Shown here in pieces: positions 9,353 through 18,689 of a stretch of DNA of 64,000 nt (positions are counted from its first letter, which is position 1; every line of letters begins with the position of its first letter). Source of the DNA: Planctomycetota bacterium (GTDB lineage Bacteria; Planctomycetota; PLA2; JAEUHO01); contig CBDCWP010000021.1 of NCBI GenBank assembly GCA_965223505.1, forward strand, positions 256,001-320,000, written 5' to 3'. The notes below the pieces were generated by a model. That model worked only from the letters and a program-made list of their open reading frames with translations, did not search any database and was not told the origin of the DNA. Position numbers and translations under genes: made by a program.

Positions 9353-10804
9353 CTACGAGTCGCTCAAGCGCTTCTCGGCCCTCTCCGCGGCTGCCGTTCC
9401 CGGGTAGCGTTCGCGGATGTCACGCAACCCGCGCTGCAACGACTTCGTCGAGGCTTCGGGATCCGTCTCCGCCTTCGCGGCCGCCTCGACGGCGGCCAGC
9501 GCCTCGGCGGCTTGCTTCTCCAGCTGCTCGAGGCCCAGCTTGGCCACGGCCGCGAGCGGCGCGACGTTCTGAAGCCGGGACATCCACGCCACGTCCTCCA
9601 AGGCCTTGGCGGTGCGCTTCTTGGCGTCGATGTCCTTCACCACGCGACCCCAGAGCTTGGCCAGCTTCTTGCGGGTCTTCTTCTCGTCGAGGACCAGCGC
9701 CACGTCCCACGCGGCGGCGCGCATCTCCGGGTCGGCGGCGTTCTCGTGCTTGCGCGCCTCCTTCGTCGAACGCGTACGCCGCCACAGGCCGAGCTCGCGC
9801 AGCATGCGCGGCCGCTGTTCGGCCGCGGGCGTCTGCCGGAAGAGCTGAAGCTCGTTGCGCAGCTGTCCGTCGACGATCTCGGGGATCTGCGTGCCGTTGA
9901 TCTGCACGAACGCGATCGTCAAGTAGCAGAGGCCGCCCTTGCTGCGCGCGATCCCGCACGCGCAGTGGGTCAACACCTCCGACGTCAGCGGTAGACAGAA
10001 CGCGGGATAGCGCTTCCATCGCGCGAGGAACGTGTCGAGCCCCCGGCGACCGTCCACGACGACCGCGATGTAGCTCTTCGCGCCGACCTGCTTCGTCGGC
10101 CGGTCGATCGGCACGCGGTAGACCAGATGCTCCCAGCGGTACTCCTGGTAGAGCCGGTGCGCGAGGTTGCCGTCGTCGTTCTCGCTGTCGAGGCGATGGT
10201 CCACCTTGCCGGCCTTCGCGGCGGCCTGGGAGTGCAGCCGCGCCTGGCGCGCGATCGGCTCCGACCACGGGACCTGCTCCAGACCGACCGACTTGCGAAA
10301 CGCGTTGACCTGCTCGAACAGGCGCGCTTCGAGCAGCACCTCGGGGACGTCGAGCGGCGCCGGCACGTCCTCGGGCAACGGGTCGTCTTCGGGCTGCGCG
10401 GGGACGCCGATGAAGAAACGGATGCGCGCTCCGGAATGGGTCCGATCCCCGGACGTGAGTCCGGTGATCTCGAGGCGGTAGACGCCCTTGCCGTGCGACA
10501 AGCGGAACGGGATCTTGAACCGGCCGGAGTCACGGTCCGACTCGAGGTTGCGCAGGCGGTACGCGCGTCCGTTCGGGCGAATCATGACGGCGCGCGGGTT
10601 CCGGTACGCCGGGAGCAAGCGGCCTTCGACCTCGAAGATCGCGGGATGCGGGTGCTCGGTGTCGATGACGGAGAGCTCGACCACCTTCTTGTTGAGGTAG
10701 TCGACGCCGACGACGGTCTCGTCGGCCGCCGCGCGAGGCGCGAACGCGCATGCGGCTGCGAGGCAGGACATCCACCAGACGATTCGCGCGCGCAACGAGG
10801 TCAC
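9353..10804 (-). CDS. Secreted CAP (SCP)-domain-containing protein
   Basis: Signal peptide; LFEQVNAFRKSVGL...ARLHS...DH resembles the CAP domain core. Confidence 0.65.
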   Translation of the reverse strand: MTSLRARIVWWMSCLAAACAFAPRAAADETVVGVDYLNKKVVELSVIDTEHPHPAIFEVEGRLLPAYRNPRAVMIRPNGRAYRLRNLESDRDSGRFKIPFRLSHGKGVYRLEITGLTSGDRTHSGARIRFFIGVPAQPEDDPLPEDVPAPLDVPEVLLEARLFEQVNAFRKSVGLEQVPWSEPIARQARLHSQAAAKAGKVDHRLDSENDDGNLAHRLYQEYRWEHLVYRVPIDRPTKQVGAKSYIAVVVDGRRGLDTFLARWKRYPAFCLPLTSEVLTHCACGIARSKGGLCYLTIAFVQINGTQIPEIVDGQLRNELQLFRQTPAAEQRPRMLRELGLWRRTRSTKEARKHENAADPEMRAAAWDVALVLDEKKTRKKLAKLWGRVVKDIDAKKRTAKALEDVAWMSRLQNVAPLAAVAKLGLEQLEKQAAEALAAVEAAAKAETDPEASTKSLQRGLRDIRERYPGTAAAERAEKRLSDS

Positions 10805-10877
10805 GAGCGGAAATGATAGTGGCGAGCGCTGCCGGGTGTTCCTCCGGCGGCGCGATGTCGCGACGGCTGGGCGCTCC

Positions 10878-11867
10878 CTACCGCTGCGCGATGTTGTTGT
10901 CGGGGGGACCGGACGGCAGCAGCGGATCCGAGACCTGCGGACCGCTCGGCGGAACGACCGAAGGCGGCGGCGGCGAGGGCGCGAAGTCCGGCGATCCGAA
11001 CTCGGGCTGCGCGTCGATGGACGGCGGCACGTTGGCCGACGGGGTGCCCGTGCCGGGCACGCCGTACGCGGCGGGGCGGTTCGTGTGTCGCACGATGCGG
11101 TGCGGGTACTCGGGCGTGCGCACCGTCACGTTGATGTTCCCGACGCCTTCCGCACCCGGCTTCGCGGCCGCCAGAATGGTGTACCGGCCCGGGCGGGGCG
11201 CCGTGAACGTGAGGAACATCGTGCGGCCGTTGCGACTGACGCGCGGCGGGTTCGCGCCTCGCGGCACCTGCGTCTTGTCGAGGGCGCGTCCGCCCCACGG
11301 GTCCTTGACGCCTCGGATCTCGGGTTGGAGGTCGGAGCGGCTCGCCGGCTCGATCTTGACCGCGATCAGGCCGCGGCGCGGCGCCGTGATGTAGATGGGA
11401 TACGTGTCGTTCGACTTCAACGCGGCCTTCGTGCTCAGCGGCGGGAAGATGAGATTGTGCGAGAACTTGTAGTAGGTGGACGACTTGCCGGTGGGCGTCG
11501 CGACGACTTTGTACGTCCCGTTCTTGCGCAGCACCACGCCACGTACGTTCATGGTGGCGGCGCCTGCATCCGACGCCACGTGCGCGCTGAGATCGACCTC
11601 GTTGCCCTCCGGGTCGAAGAGAGCGACGTTCGGCGCCGCCCAGTTGCCTCGGTCCGACTGGATCGTGAAGTCCAACCCCGACGACTCCACCCCTTCGAAC
11701 GTGAAGGCCTGCTCCGCACGGCCCTCCGGCAGACGACCGTGGAGCGTTTCGCCGACGGCGACCTCCGTTCGGTTGGCCGCCGCCGGATTGGACCGGCAGC
11801 CGCCCACCGCGGCGACGATGAGGAACAAGACGGCTACTTGACTCACGTGAACCCGTACCATGCGCAC
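10878..11867 (-). CDS. Lipoprotein with PPC-like beta-sandwich repeats and a Pro-rich tail
   Basis: Lipobox-like VGGC; two units with LFDPEG/VKDPWG and G.Y motifs; start uncertain. Confidence 0.6.
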   Translation of the reverse strand: MRMVRVHVSQVAVLFLIVAAVGGCRSNPAAANRTEVAVGETLHGRLPEGRAEQAFTFEGVESSGLDFTIQSDRGNWAAPNVALFDPEGNEVDLSAHVASDAGAATMNVRGVVLRKNGTYKVVATPTGKSSTYYKFSHNLIFPPLSTKAALKSNDTYPIYITAPRRGLIAVKIEPASRSDLQPEIRGVKDPWGGRALDKTQVPRGANPPRVSRNGRTMFLTFTAPRPGRYTILAAAKPGAEGVGNINVTVRTPEYPHRIVRHTNRPAAYGVPGTGTPSANVPPSIDAQPEFGSPDFAPSPPPPSVVPPSGPQVSDPLLPSGPPDNNIAQR

Positions 11868-12010
11868 CTCCTGCCCCGCCGCACTCCCATCGCGGTTGCT
11901 CCGTTCGCCGGCGAACTCTTCCGGCAGATCGGCAACGGGATGGGGGCTCGGTTCCCGGGCCGGCCGCGCGCATCCCTTGGGGCTCTTTCGACGCCGAGTG
12001 TAACTGGATC

Positions 12011-12799
12011 ATGCAGCCGAACCACCTTCCCTTGTGTACAATTGCAGGTTCGGACCCTACAGGTGGTGCGGGCCTGCAGGGCGACCTCAGGGCGTTCGCT
12101 GCGCTCGGCGCCCGGGGCACGGCGGTGGTCACGGCCGTCACGGTCCAGGACCGGGAGCGCGTCTCCGCGGTGCACCCGGTCCCCGCGCACGTGGTCCGCG
12201 GACAGCTCGAGGCGGTCCTTGGGACACGCACGCCGGCCGCTTGCAAGACGGGCATGCTCTGGTCGGCGGACACGGTCCGCGCTGTCGCCGCGACGCTGGC
12301 CGGCACCGGCATCCCGCTCGTCGTGGATCCCGTCCTTCACGCCTCGGTGGGGCAGCCCCTGGCAGAGAGGGATGCCGCCGCGGCCTACAACGACGCGCTC
12401 GCGGCGTGCACCACGGTGGTCACGCCGAACGCCGACGAGGCCGGGGCGCTGCTGGGCCGCGCGCCGCCCGCGCCGGGATCGGAGAGCGAGGACGCGGCGC
12501 GGGCGCTCGTCGACCTCGGCTGGAGCGCCGTCGTCCTGACGGGCGGAGACGCCACCGGCGCCGAGGTGATCGACACGCTGGCGATGCGGGACGCGGCCGA
12601 GACGATCTCGCTCGAGCACCCGCGCGTCGAAGGCCGGTTTCACGGGACGGGCTGCGCGCTGTCGGCGGCGCTGGCGTTCGAGCTGGCGCGCGGGGCGGAC
12701 GTCGCAGAGGCGCTTCGGCGCGCGCGACGATTCGTTCACGCGGCGATCGAGCGCGCCGCGGCGCGCGGCGACGGATGGTTGCTTCGCTACGACGCGTAA
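12011..12799 (+). CDS. thiD: Hydroxymethylpyrimidine/phosphomethylpyrimidine kinase
   Basis: TIAGSDPTGGAGLQGDL, KTGML, VVDPV, TPNADEA, HGTGCALSA. Confidence 0.93.
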   Translation: MQPNHLPLCTIAGSDPTGGAGLQGDLRAFAALGARGTAVVTAVTVQDRERVSAVHPVPAHVVRGQLEAVLGTRTPAACKTGMLWSADTVRAVAATLAGTGIPLVVDPVLHASVGQPLAERDAAAAYNDALAACTTVVTPNADEAGALLGRAPPAPGSESEDAARALVDLGWSAVVLTGGDATGAEVIDTLAMRDAAETISLEHPRVEGRFHGTGCALSAALAFELARGADVAEALRRARRFVHAAIERAAARGDGWLLRYDA

Positions 12800-12864
12800 G
12801 CAGCCTTCCGTCCCAACGGGCCGACAGGTACGCTCCGCGGCAGACGGGGGCGGGTGGCAGGGTC

Positions 12865-13776
12865 TTGAAGATCGCGATCATCGGCGCGGGCGTACTGGGG
12901 ACCGCGCTCGGGATGTTGCTGCGGCGCGCCGGATACACCATCACGGCGGTGAGCAGCCTGACCGTTCGCTCGGCGGAGAGAGCCGTCGAGCACATCGGCG
13001 AGGGCGAGGTGATCGGCGATCCCGGGATGGCCGCCATGGGCGCCGACGTCGTCATTCTCTCGGTGCCGGACCGCGCGATCCCGTCGGTCGCCATCCAGGT
13101 CGCGGCCGGGGGCGCCCTGCGCCGCGGGGCGGTCGTGGCGCATCTCGCGGGCGGCCTGCCGTCGGGCGTGCTGTCCGGGGTGACCGCCGCCGGCGGGCTG
13201 CGCGGCGCCATGCACCCGCTGCAGAGCTTCGCCGACGTCGACACCGCGATGCAGCAGCTCCCGGACTCGTTCTTCTTCCTGGAGGGCGAAGACGAGGCGG
13301 TCGAGGTGCTTCGGACGCTGGTCGTCGCGATCAAGGGCCGCCCCATCGCGTTGCCGCAAGGTTCGAAGGCGCTGTATCACGCCGGCGCCGCCGCGGCCTC
13401 GAACTTCCTCGTCACGCTGATCCAGTACGCCGTCACGCTGCTGATCCGGGCGGGCGTGCCGCGTGACACCGCCCTTCCGGCGCTGCTGCCGCTCATCCGC
13501 GGCACCGTGGCGAACCTCGAGAGCGTCGGGTTGCCGGACGCGCTGACCGGGCCCATCGAGCGCGGCGACATCGGAACGGTCAAGCGCCACCTGCGCGCGC
13601 TCGAGTCCATGCCGGGCGACTTCGTGCGCCTGTACCGCCATCTCGCGCGCAAGACGATCGACATCGCGCTGCAAAAAGGCAACGTCAGCATGGACGAAGC
13701 CGGGCGCCTGCTCGAGCTGCTGGAGACGGCCGACTGGCTTCCACCGTTCGAGGAGCCGCCGCCCGGGGCACGTTAG
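12865..13776 (+). CDS. Rossmann-like + DUF2520 oxidoreductase (PanG-like ketopantoate reductase candidate)
   Basis: TTG start; IIGAGVLG, HPLQSF, YHAGAAAASNF, LTGPIERGD. Confidence 0.85.
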   Translation: MKIAIIGAGVLGTALGMLLRRAGYTITAVSSLTVRSAERAVEHIGEGEVIGDPGMAAMGADVVILSVPDRAIPSVAIQVAAGGALRRGAVVAHLAGGLPSGVLSGVTAAGGLRGAMHPLQSFADVDTAMQQLPDSFFFLEGEDEAVEVLRTLVVAIKGRPIALPQGSKALYHAGAAAASNFLVTLIQYAVTLLIRAGVPRDTALPALLPLIRGTVANLESVGLPDALTGPIERGDIGTVKRHLRALESMPGDFVRLYRHLARKTIDIALQKGNVSMDEAGRLLELLETADWLPPFEEPPPGAR

Positions 13777-13837
13777 GCTCCGTGCCGGGCGAGCGTTCGC
13801 GGCCCGCCTTCACGGGAATCCGGCCGCGGATTACCCT

Positions 13838-14416
13838 TTGGACGTGTATCCGGAACAACAGCGGTATTGGATCGCGCTGCTGAACCTGCAGCGCACGTGG
13901 CAGACGGACGACGGATCCGTCTCGTTCATTCCGCCCCGGCATCGCGACTTCGAGAACCCGCCGGCATGGCCCATGCGCAAGGCGCAGGCATACCTGCTGA
14001 ACAATCTCGAGCTGATCCGCGAGAGCTACCGCCGGCTCGAGGCGGGTGTGCAGCTCGACTACGCCCTCCTGAACCACGGCCTGGAGGGGTTGACGCTGCG
14101 TCTCAACCCCTGGGACAGCATCTCGACCTTGCGCGCCGCCGCGCGCGCGAAGGACGACCTCGGCGGCCGGCTCGAGACGTTGCAAATCACGTCGGATGCG
14201 AACGGCCTCAACCCCGGAACACGCTACGTACGAGCGACGATCCAGCGGGCGCTGTACTACTTCGCTCAGTACGTGGACTACCGGCTCTCCGACCCCGCAT
14301 ATCCCGCGGTCTCTTCCGATCTATGGTGCGTACGCGAGTGCGAGAGCGGCACGGGGGATCTGGTCCTCGTGCCACCCGAGTTCGATCTCACCGAAGAGGA
14401 AGCGACCACTGCTTAG
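13838..14416 (+). CDS. Hypothetical protein
   Basis: Protein-like composition and genome-typical codon usage; fills the gap before purB; start uncertain. Confidence 0.6.
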   Translation: MDVYPEQQRYWIALLNLQRTWQTDDGSVSFIPPRHRDFENPPAWPMRKAQAYLLNNLELIRESYRRLEAGVQLDYALLNHGLEGLTLRLNPWDSISTLRAAARAKDDLGGRLETLQITSDANGLNPGTRYVRATIQRALYYFAQYVDYRLSDPAYPAVSSDLWCVRECESGTGDLVLVPPEFDLTEEEATTA

Positions 14417-14429
14417 TCCGAACAAGCCC

Positions 14430-15872
14430 GTGTCTCAAACGCCGCAAGACGAGTATCGAAGTCCGCTGGTCGTTCGCTACGCCGGGCGCGAGATGCGGCG
14501 GCTCTTCTCCGAGCGCACGCGCATCGAGCGCTGGCGCGACATGTGGATCTGGCTGGCGGAGGCGGAGCGCGAGCTCGGCCTCGACATCGAAGCAGCGCAG
14601 ATCGATGCGATGCGCGCCGCCCGCGAGAACATCGACTTCGATCAAGCGTCGGAGTACGAACGCCGTTTCCGGCACGACGTCATGGCGCACGTGCATGCGT
14701 TCGGCGACGTGGCGCCCGACGCCCGCGCCGTCATCCACCTCGGCGCCACGTCGTGCTACGTCACGGACAACGCCGACGCGTTGATCCTGCGCGACGGCTT
14801 GCGGCACATCGAGACGAGCCTCGCCGAAGCGGTCGACGCGCTGGCGGGTTTCGCGGAGCGCACGAAGAGCGACGTCTGCCTGGCGTACACCCACTTCCAG
14901 CCGGCGCAGCCCACGACCTTCGGCAAGCGCGCCTGTCTCTGGATCCAGGACTTCCTCGACGATCTGAACCGCATCCGAGCCGCCGCCGAGGACGTCCCGT
15001 TCCTCGGATCCAAGGGCACGACCGGCACACAGGCCTCGTTCGTCACGCTCTTCGACGGCGACGCGGAGAAGTGCGAGCGGCTCGACGCGCTGGTGGCCGA
15101 GAAGGCGGGGTTCGACGGTCCGATCCCGGTTTCGGGCCAGACGTACCCGCGCAAGGCCGACTACGCGATCACGGCCGCGCTGGGCGGCGTCGCGGTGTCC
15201 GCGCACCGCTTCGCCAACGACGTGCGGCTGCTCTCCGGCCTGCGGGAGATGGCGGAGCCGTTCGAAAAGGAACAGATCGGCTCGAGCGCGATGGCCTACA
15301 AGCAGAACCCGATGCGCAGCGAACGCATCACGTCGCTTGCGCGCCACGTGATGGCGCTCGTGCCGGAAGCGGCGTCGACGGCCGCCTGCCAGTGGCTCGA
15401 ACGCTCGCTCGACGACTCGGCGGGACGGCGCATCTATCTGCCGGAGGCGTTCCTCGGCGTCGACGCGATCCTGCGCTTGGTGATCAACGTCGGGCGGGGC
15501 CTGCACGCCAACACCAAGGTGGCGCGCGCGCGGCTCGAGCGTGAGCTGCCGTTCATGGCGACGGAAGAGATCCTGATGCGCGCCGTGCGCGCCGGCGGGG
15601 ATCGGCAGGCGCTGCACGAACGCATTCGTGTGAACAGTCTCGCTGCGAAGGAGCGGCTCCTGGAAGGCGCCGAGCGCAACGACCTCTTCGATCGGATCCG
15701 TGACGACGATGCGTTCTCGGCGATTCGGGACGACCTCGACGAGCTGTCGTCGCCGGAGCGCTTCATCGGTCTGTCCACACGCCAGTGCGAGCGCTTTCTC
15801 GCATCGGACGTCGCGCAGGCCCTCGCCCCCTACCGCGAGCGCCTGGGTCGGGACGTCGAGATCAACGTCTAG
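14430..15872 (+). CDS. purB: Adenylosuccinate lyase
   Basis: GTG start; RHDVMAH, IHLGATS, THFQPAQ, GSSAMAYKQNP signature. Confidence 0.95.
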   Translation: MSQTPQDEYRSPLVVRYAGREMRRLFSERTRIERWRDMWIWLAEAERELGLDIEAAQIDAMRAARENIDFDQASEYERRFRHDVMAHVHAFGDVAPDARAVIHLGATSCYVTDNADALILRDGLRHIETSLAEAVDALAGFAERTKSDVCLAYTHFQPAQPTTFGKRACLWIQDFLDDLNRIRAAAEDVPFLGSKGTTGTQASFVTLFDGDAEKCERLDALVAEKAGFDGPIPVSGQTYPRKADYAITAALGGVAVSAHRFANDVRLLSGLREMAEPFEKEQIGSSAMAYKQNPMRSERITSLARHVMALVPEAASTAACQWLERSLDDSAGRRIYLPEAFLGVDAILRLVINVGRGLHANTKVARARLERELPFMATEEILMRAVRAGGDRQALHERIRVNSLAAKERLLEGAERNDLFDRIRDDDAFSAIRDDLDELSSPERFIGLSTRQCERFLASDVAQALAPYRERLGRDVEINV

Positions 15873-16669
15873 CTCTGCGTCGCGGCGGATCGACGGGGCC
15901 GCTCGCGACGCTTCCCGAACCAACGGTAGTGGCACCACAGCCGCATCAAGCCGATGGCCGAGCGCGGGAAGTCGTACCAGTGGAGCTTGCTGCCGCCGAT
16001 GTCGTGCCACTGTTGCAGCGGATGCTCGATCACCGCGGTCTCGGGCGCAAAGCTCGGGTCGACCTCGGCAACGAGACGCATGCGCGCGATCAGCTCGACG
16101 TCGAAGACCCAACGCGTCTGGAAGGGCCGCTCGAACAGCCACCGGGTGTGCGCGCACGCGCGCATGAGCTTCGCCCCGCACTGGGTGTCGTAGACGGGCA
16201 GCCGCAGGAAGCTCGACGCCGCCGTGGCGAAGACGCGTCCGAGGTAGTGGCGCATCGCGCTGCGCTCGATCGAGCGGCCCAGCATCTTCACGCGCGAACC
16301 CATGACGAGCTTCGCACCGGGACGCCGCTCGAGCTCGGCGCGAAGGTCCGCCACCTCGCGAAGCGGCGTCGAGAGATCCGCGTCCCAGTAGCCGATCCAG
16401 GCGGCATCGGTCTCGAACGCACGCAAGACGCCTTGGCGAACGGCCTCCGCCTTGCCGCGGTTCGCCGGCAGATGGACGACGTCGATCCGGTCCGCGCCCC
16501 CGCTCAATCGGTCGAGTCGCTCGCCGGTCTCGTCGGTGCTTCCGTCGTCGACGAACACGAACGCGGTCTCGGGACTCTTCGCGAGGTGCGCGCGAAAGGC
16601 GTCCTCGTCGAGGCGCCCGGCCTCGTTGAAGCAGGGGACGACGAGCGTCGTTTGGGGGCCGGGCGACAT
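15869..16669 (-). CDS. Glycosyltransferase family 2 (Dol-P-Glc synthase-like)
   Basis: VVPCFNE, VDDGSTD, NRGK, DADL, DTQCGAK, FDVEL. Confidence 0.92.
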   Translation of the reverse strand: MSPGPQTTLVVPCFNEAGRLDEDAFRAHLAKSPETAFVFVDDGSTDETGERLDRLSGGADRIDVVHLPANRGKAEAVRQGVLRAFETDAAWIGYWDADLSTPLREVADLRAELERRPGAKLVMGSRVKMLGRSIERSAMRHYLGRVFATAASSFLRLPVYDTQCGAKLMRACAHTRWLFERPFQTRWVFDVELIARMRLVAEVDPSFAPETAVIEHPLQQWHDIGGSKLHWYDFPRSAIGLMRLWCHYRWFGKRRERPRRSAATQS

Positions 16670-16879
16670 GGGGGCGGGATTCTGCCATACGTCCGCCTCG
16701 GACCGCCGCGTCCGGCCCCGACGCGCCTTGTTAGCGCTGCGAATCGACTAACCCTCAACCTGCGTACGCAGCGCTGTCGATAGGGCCGCCGGATCCGGGA
16801 CCGGGCCCTCTCGTCCGTCGAGCGGGCCCCCAGAAGGGTGATGCGGGGGCGTCGAGCGCTCCCCGTCAGGCGAGACGCG

Positions 16880-18448
16880 ATGACAGCAACTCGAAGGGTG
16901 CTTTGGGCATGGGTGGCAGGGCTGGCGCTTTGCCTCGGCGGCTGCGGCGGCTTCGACACCGAGGACGTGTCCGAGGGCGTCGGAGAGCCCGGCGGCAGCG
17001 GGAGCCCCGGCCTCGGTTCGCTCACGATCGTGACGCAGTCGATTCCGGCCGGCAGCGAAGGCGCCGGGTACGGCGAGGCGCTGCAGACGTACGGCGAGCG
17101 CGGTCCCGTGGTCTGGACGGTCACGAGCGGCGAGCTGCCCACGGGCGTGACGCTCAGCGACGACGGCATGGTGCAGGGGACGCCGGCCGACACGGGCTTC
17201 TACACCTTCACGGTTTCCGCGACGGACGGCGTCGCCACGGACTACCAGCCGCTGGCGCTCTCCGTCGATGCGTTCGGCGCGTTCGTCACCGACGGACTAC
17301 GCTTCGGCGACGCATGGAGCGCCGCGCCGGTGTCGATCCAGACTGTCGGGCACGCCGGCAGCGTGGCCTTCGAGGTGGTCGCGACCGAGAGCGGCGGCGC
17401 GTTGGTGAACACCCATGCCGATCTCGGCACGGCGACGTATCTGCCCGGCGACGTCCCGGTGCAGGGCGGGATCGACACGATTCGCGTCACGGACACGGCC
17501 AGCGGACGCACGGCCGAGGTCACCCTCACCGTCCGACCCAATCCGCTCGAGAACCATGTCGCCCGTTGGGGGCTGACCGACGTCTGGTACGTCGATCTGA
17601 ACCGGAAGTTCGGCTCGCACCCGTACGCCTCGGACTTCCACGCCGCGCTCGTGGCGATGGGACTGCGCAACCCGGCGTCGGTCGACACGATGGGCACCGA
17701 GGCGGACCAGCTCGCCGAGACGGTCGTGCGTGTGATGCTGCATCGGCACTTGAACACGCACTTCCACCGCGATACCGACGGCTCGGCAGGTGTCGCCGGC
17801 ATGGCGATCTCGTTCGCCTACGACGAGCCCGGCGCGACCTACGTGAAGCCGGCCCCCGGCTCGTGGCTGAACGCGAACGCGGGCGTGTACAGCGTGATCG
17901 CCGTCGTAGACAACGCCACGCCCGGCTTCCTCGGCGCCGCGTTCGTCGACTCGCCGTCCAACGATCTGCACGAGAACAACACGCCGAGCGCCGCCGGCAT
18001 GCTCGGGGTGTTCGTGAACCGCGTCACGAGCAAGGTCCAGATCGGCTACAACGCGTACGGCACCACGCTCGTCGCGGACCCGGTCAACGCGTCGGACGTC
18101 GACGCGCTCAAGGCGCTTCTGTTCGAAGGACCCAACCCGGGCGGCCGCTACCACGTCCTCGAGTACAAGATGCGCGGACTGGCGCGCAGCCTCGCCGCGG
18201 TGACGGCGCACGAGATCGCGCACAGCCTCGGTCTCGGCCACACGGTGCCGGCGGTGTTCGGGTCGATCATGAACGCCGGCACGGCGATCGCGCCGAGCAA
18301 CACGTACGAATTCCTGCCGCAGGACGCGGCGGCGCTGCGCCTGGCGCTGCCGGGCCCGAGCCGGCTTTGGGCTCAGGCGGCCGCGAAGGCCACGGGCATG
18401 CCCGAGGGCGGCGCCTGTGTGTGCCATTTGGGCGGCGACGACGAGTAG
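16880..18448 (+). CDS. Lipoprotein metalloprotease (putative Ig domain + metzincin/matrixin)
   Basis: Lipobox LGGC; GELPTGVTLS..G He_PIG-like Ig; HEIAHSLGLGH and Met-turn SIM. Confidence 0.8.
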   Translation: MTATRRVLWAWVAGLALCLGGCGGFDTEDVSEGVGEPGGSGSPGLGSLTIVTQSIPAGSEGAGYGEALQTYGERGPVVWTVTSGELPTGVTLSDDGMVQGTPADTGFYTFTVSATDGVATDYQPLALSVDAFGAFVTDGLRFGDAWSAAPVSIQTVGHAGSVAFEVVATESGGALVNTHADLGTATYLPGDVPVQGGIDTIRVTDTASGRTAEVTLTVRPNPLENHVARWGLTDVWYVDLNRKFGSHPYASDFHAALVAMGLRNPASVDTMGTEADQLAETVVRVMLHRHLNTHFHRDTDGSAGVAGMAISFAYDEPGATYVKPAPGSWLNANAGVYSVIAVVDNATPGFLGAAFVDSPSNDLHENNTPSAAGMLGVFVNRVTSKVQIGYNAYGTTLVADPVNASDVDALKALLFEGPNPGGRYHVLEYKMRGLARSLAAVTAHEIAHSLGLGHTVPAVFGSIMNAGTAIAPSNTYEFLPQDAAALRLALPGPSRLWAQAAAKATGMPEGGACVCHLGGDDE

Positions 18449-18479
18449 TTCTCTCTCATTGAACCCGAGAGTGTGAACC

Positions 18480-18516
18480 GAAGGGAGCGCCCGCTTGGGT
18501 GCTCCCTTCACCTTTG
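18480..18516 (+). terminator. Intrinsic terminator-like hairpin
   Basis: GAAGGGAGCGCCC-GCTT-GGGTGCTCCCTTC followed by acctttg. Confidence 0.6.
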
Positions 18517-18689
18517 GGTCCGCGCGGACCCGTGCGCAGATCCGCATGAGCATGCGGCCTGCGGGCGTCTCGATCCCGCTTCGCCGCCGGTCCGGCCGTC
18601 GCAGCGACCCTCGACGCGCACCCGGTCCCCCTTCAAGCAGACCCGCCCCCCGAAGTAGAGTGCGCGGTCCCTCCGGCGGAGACCCGTAC

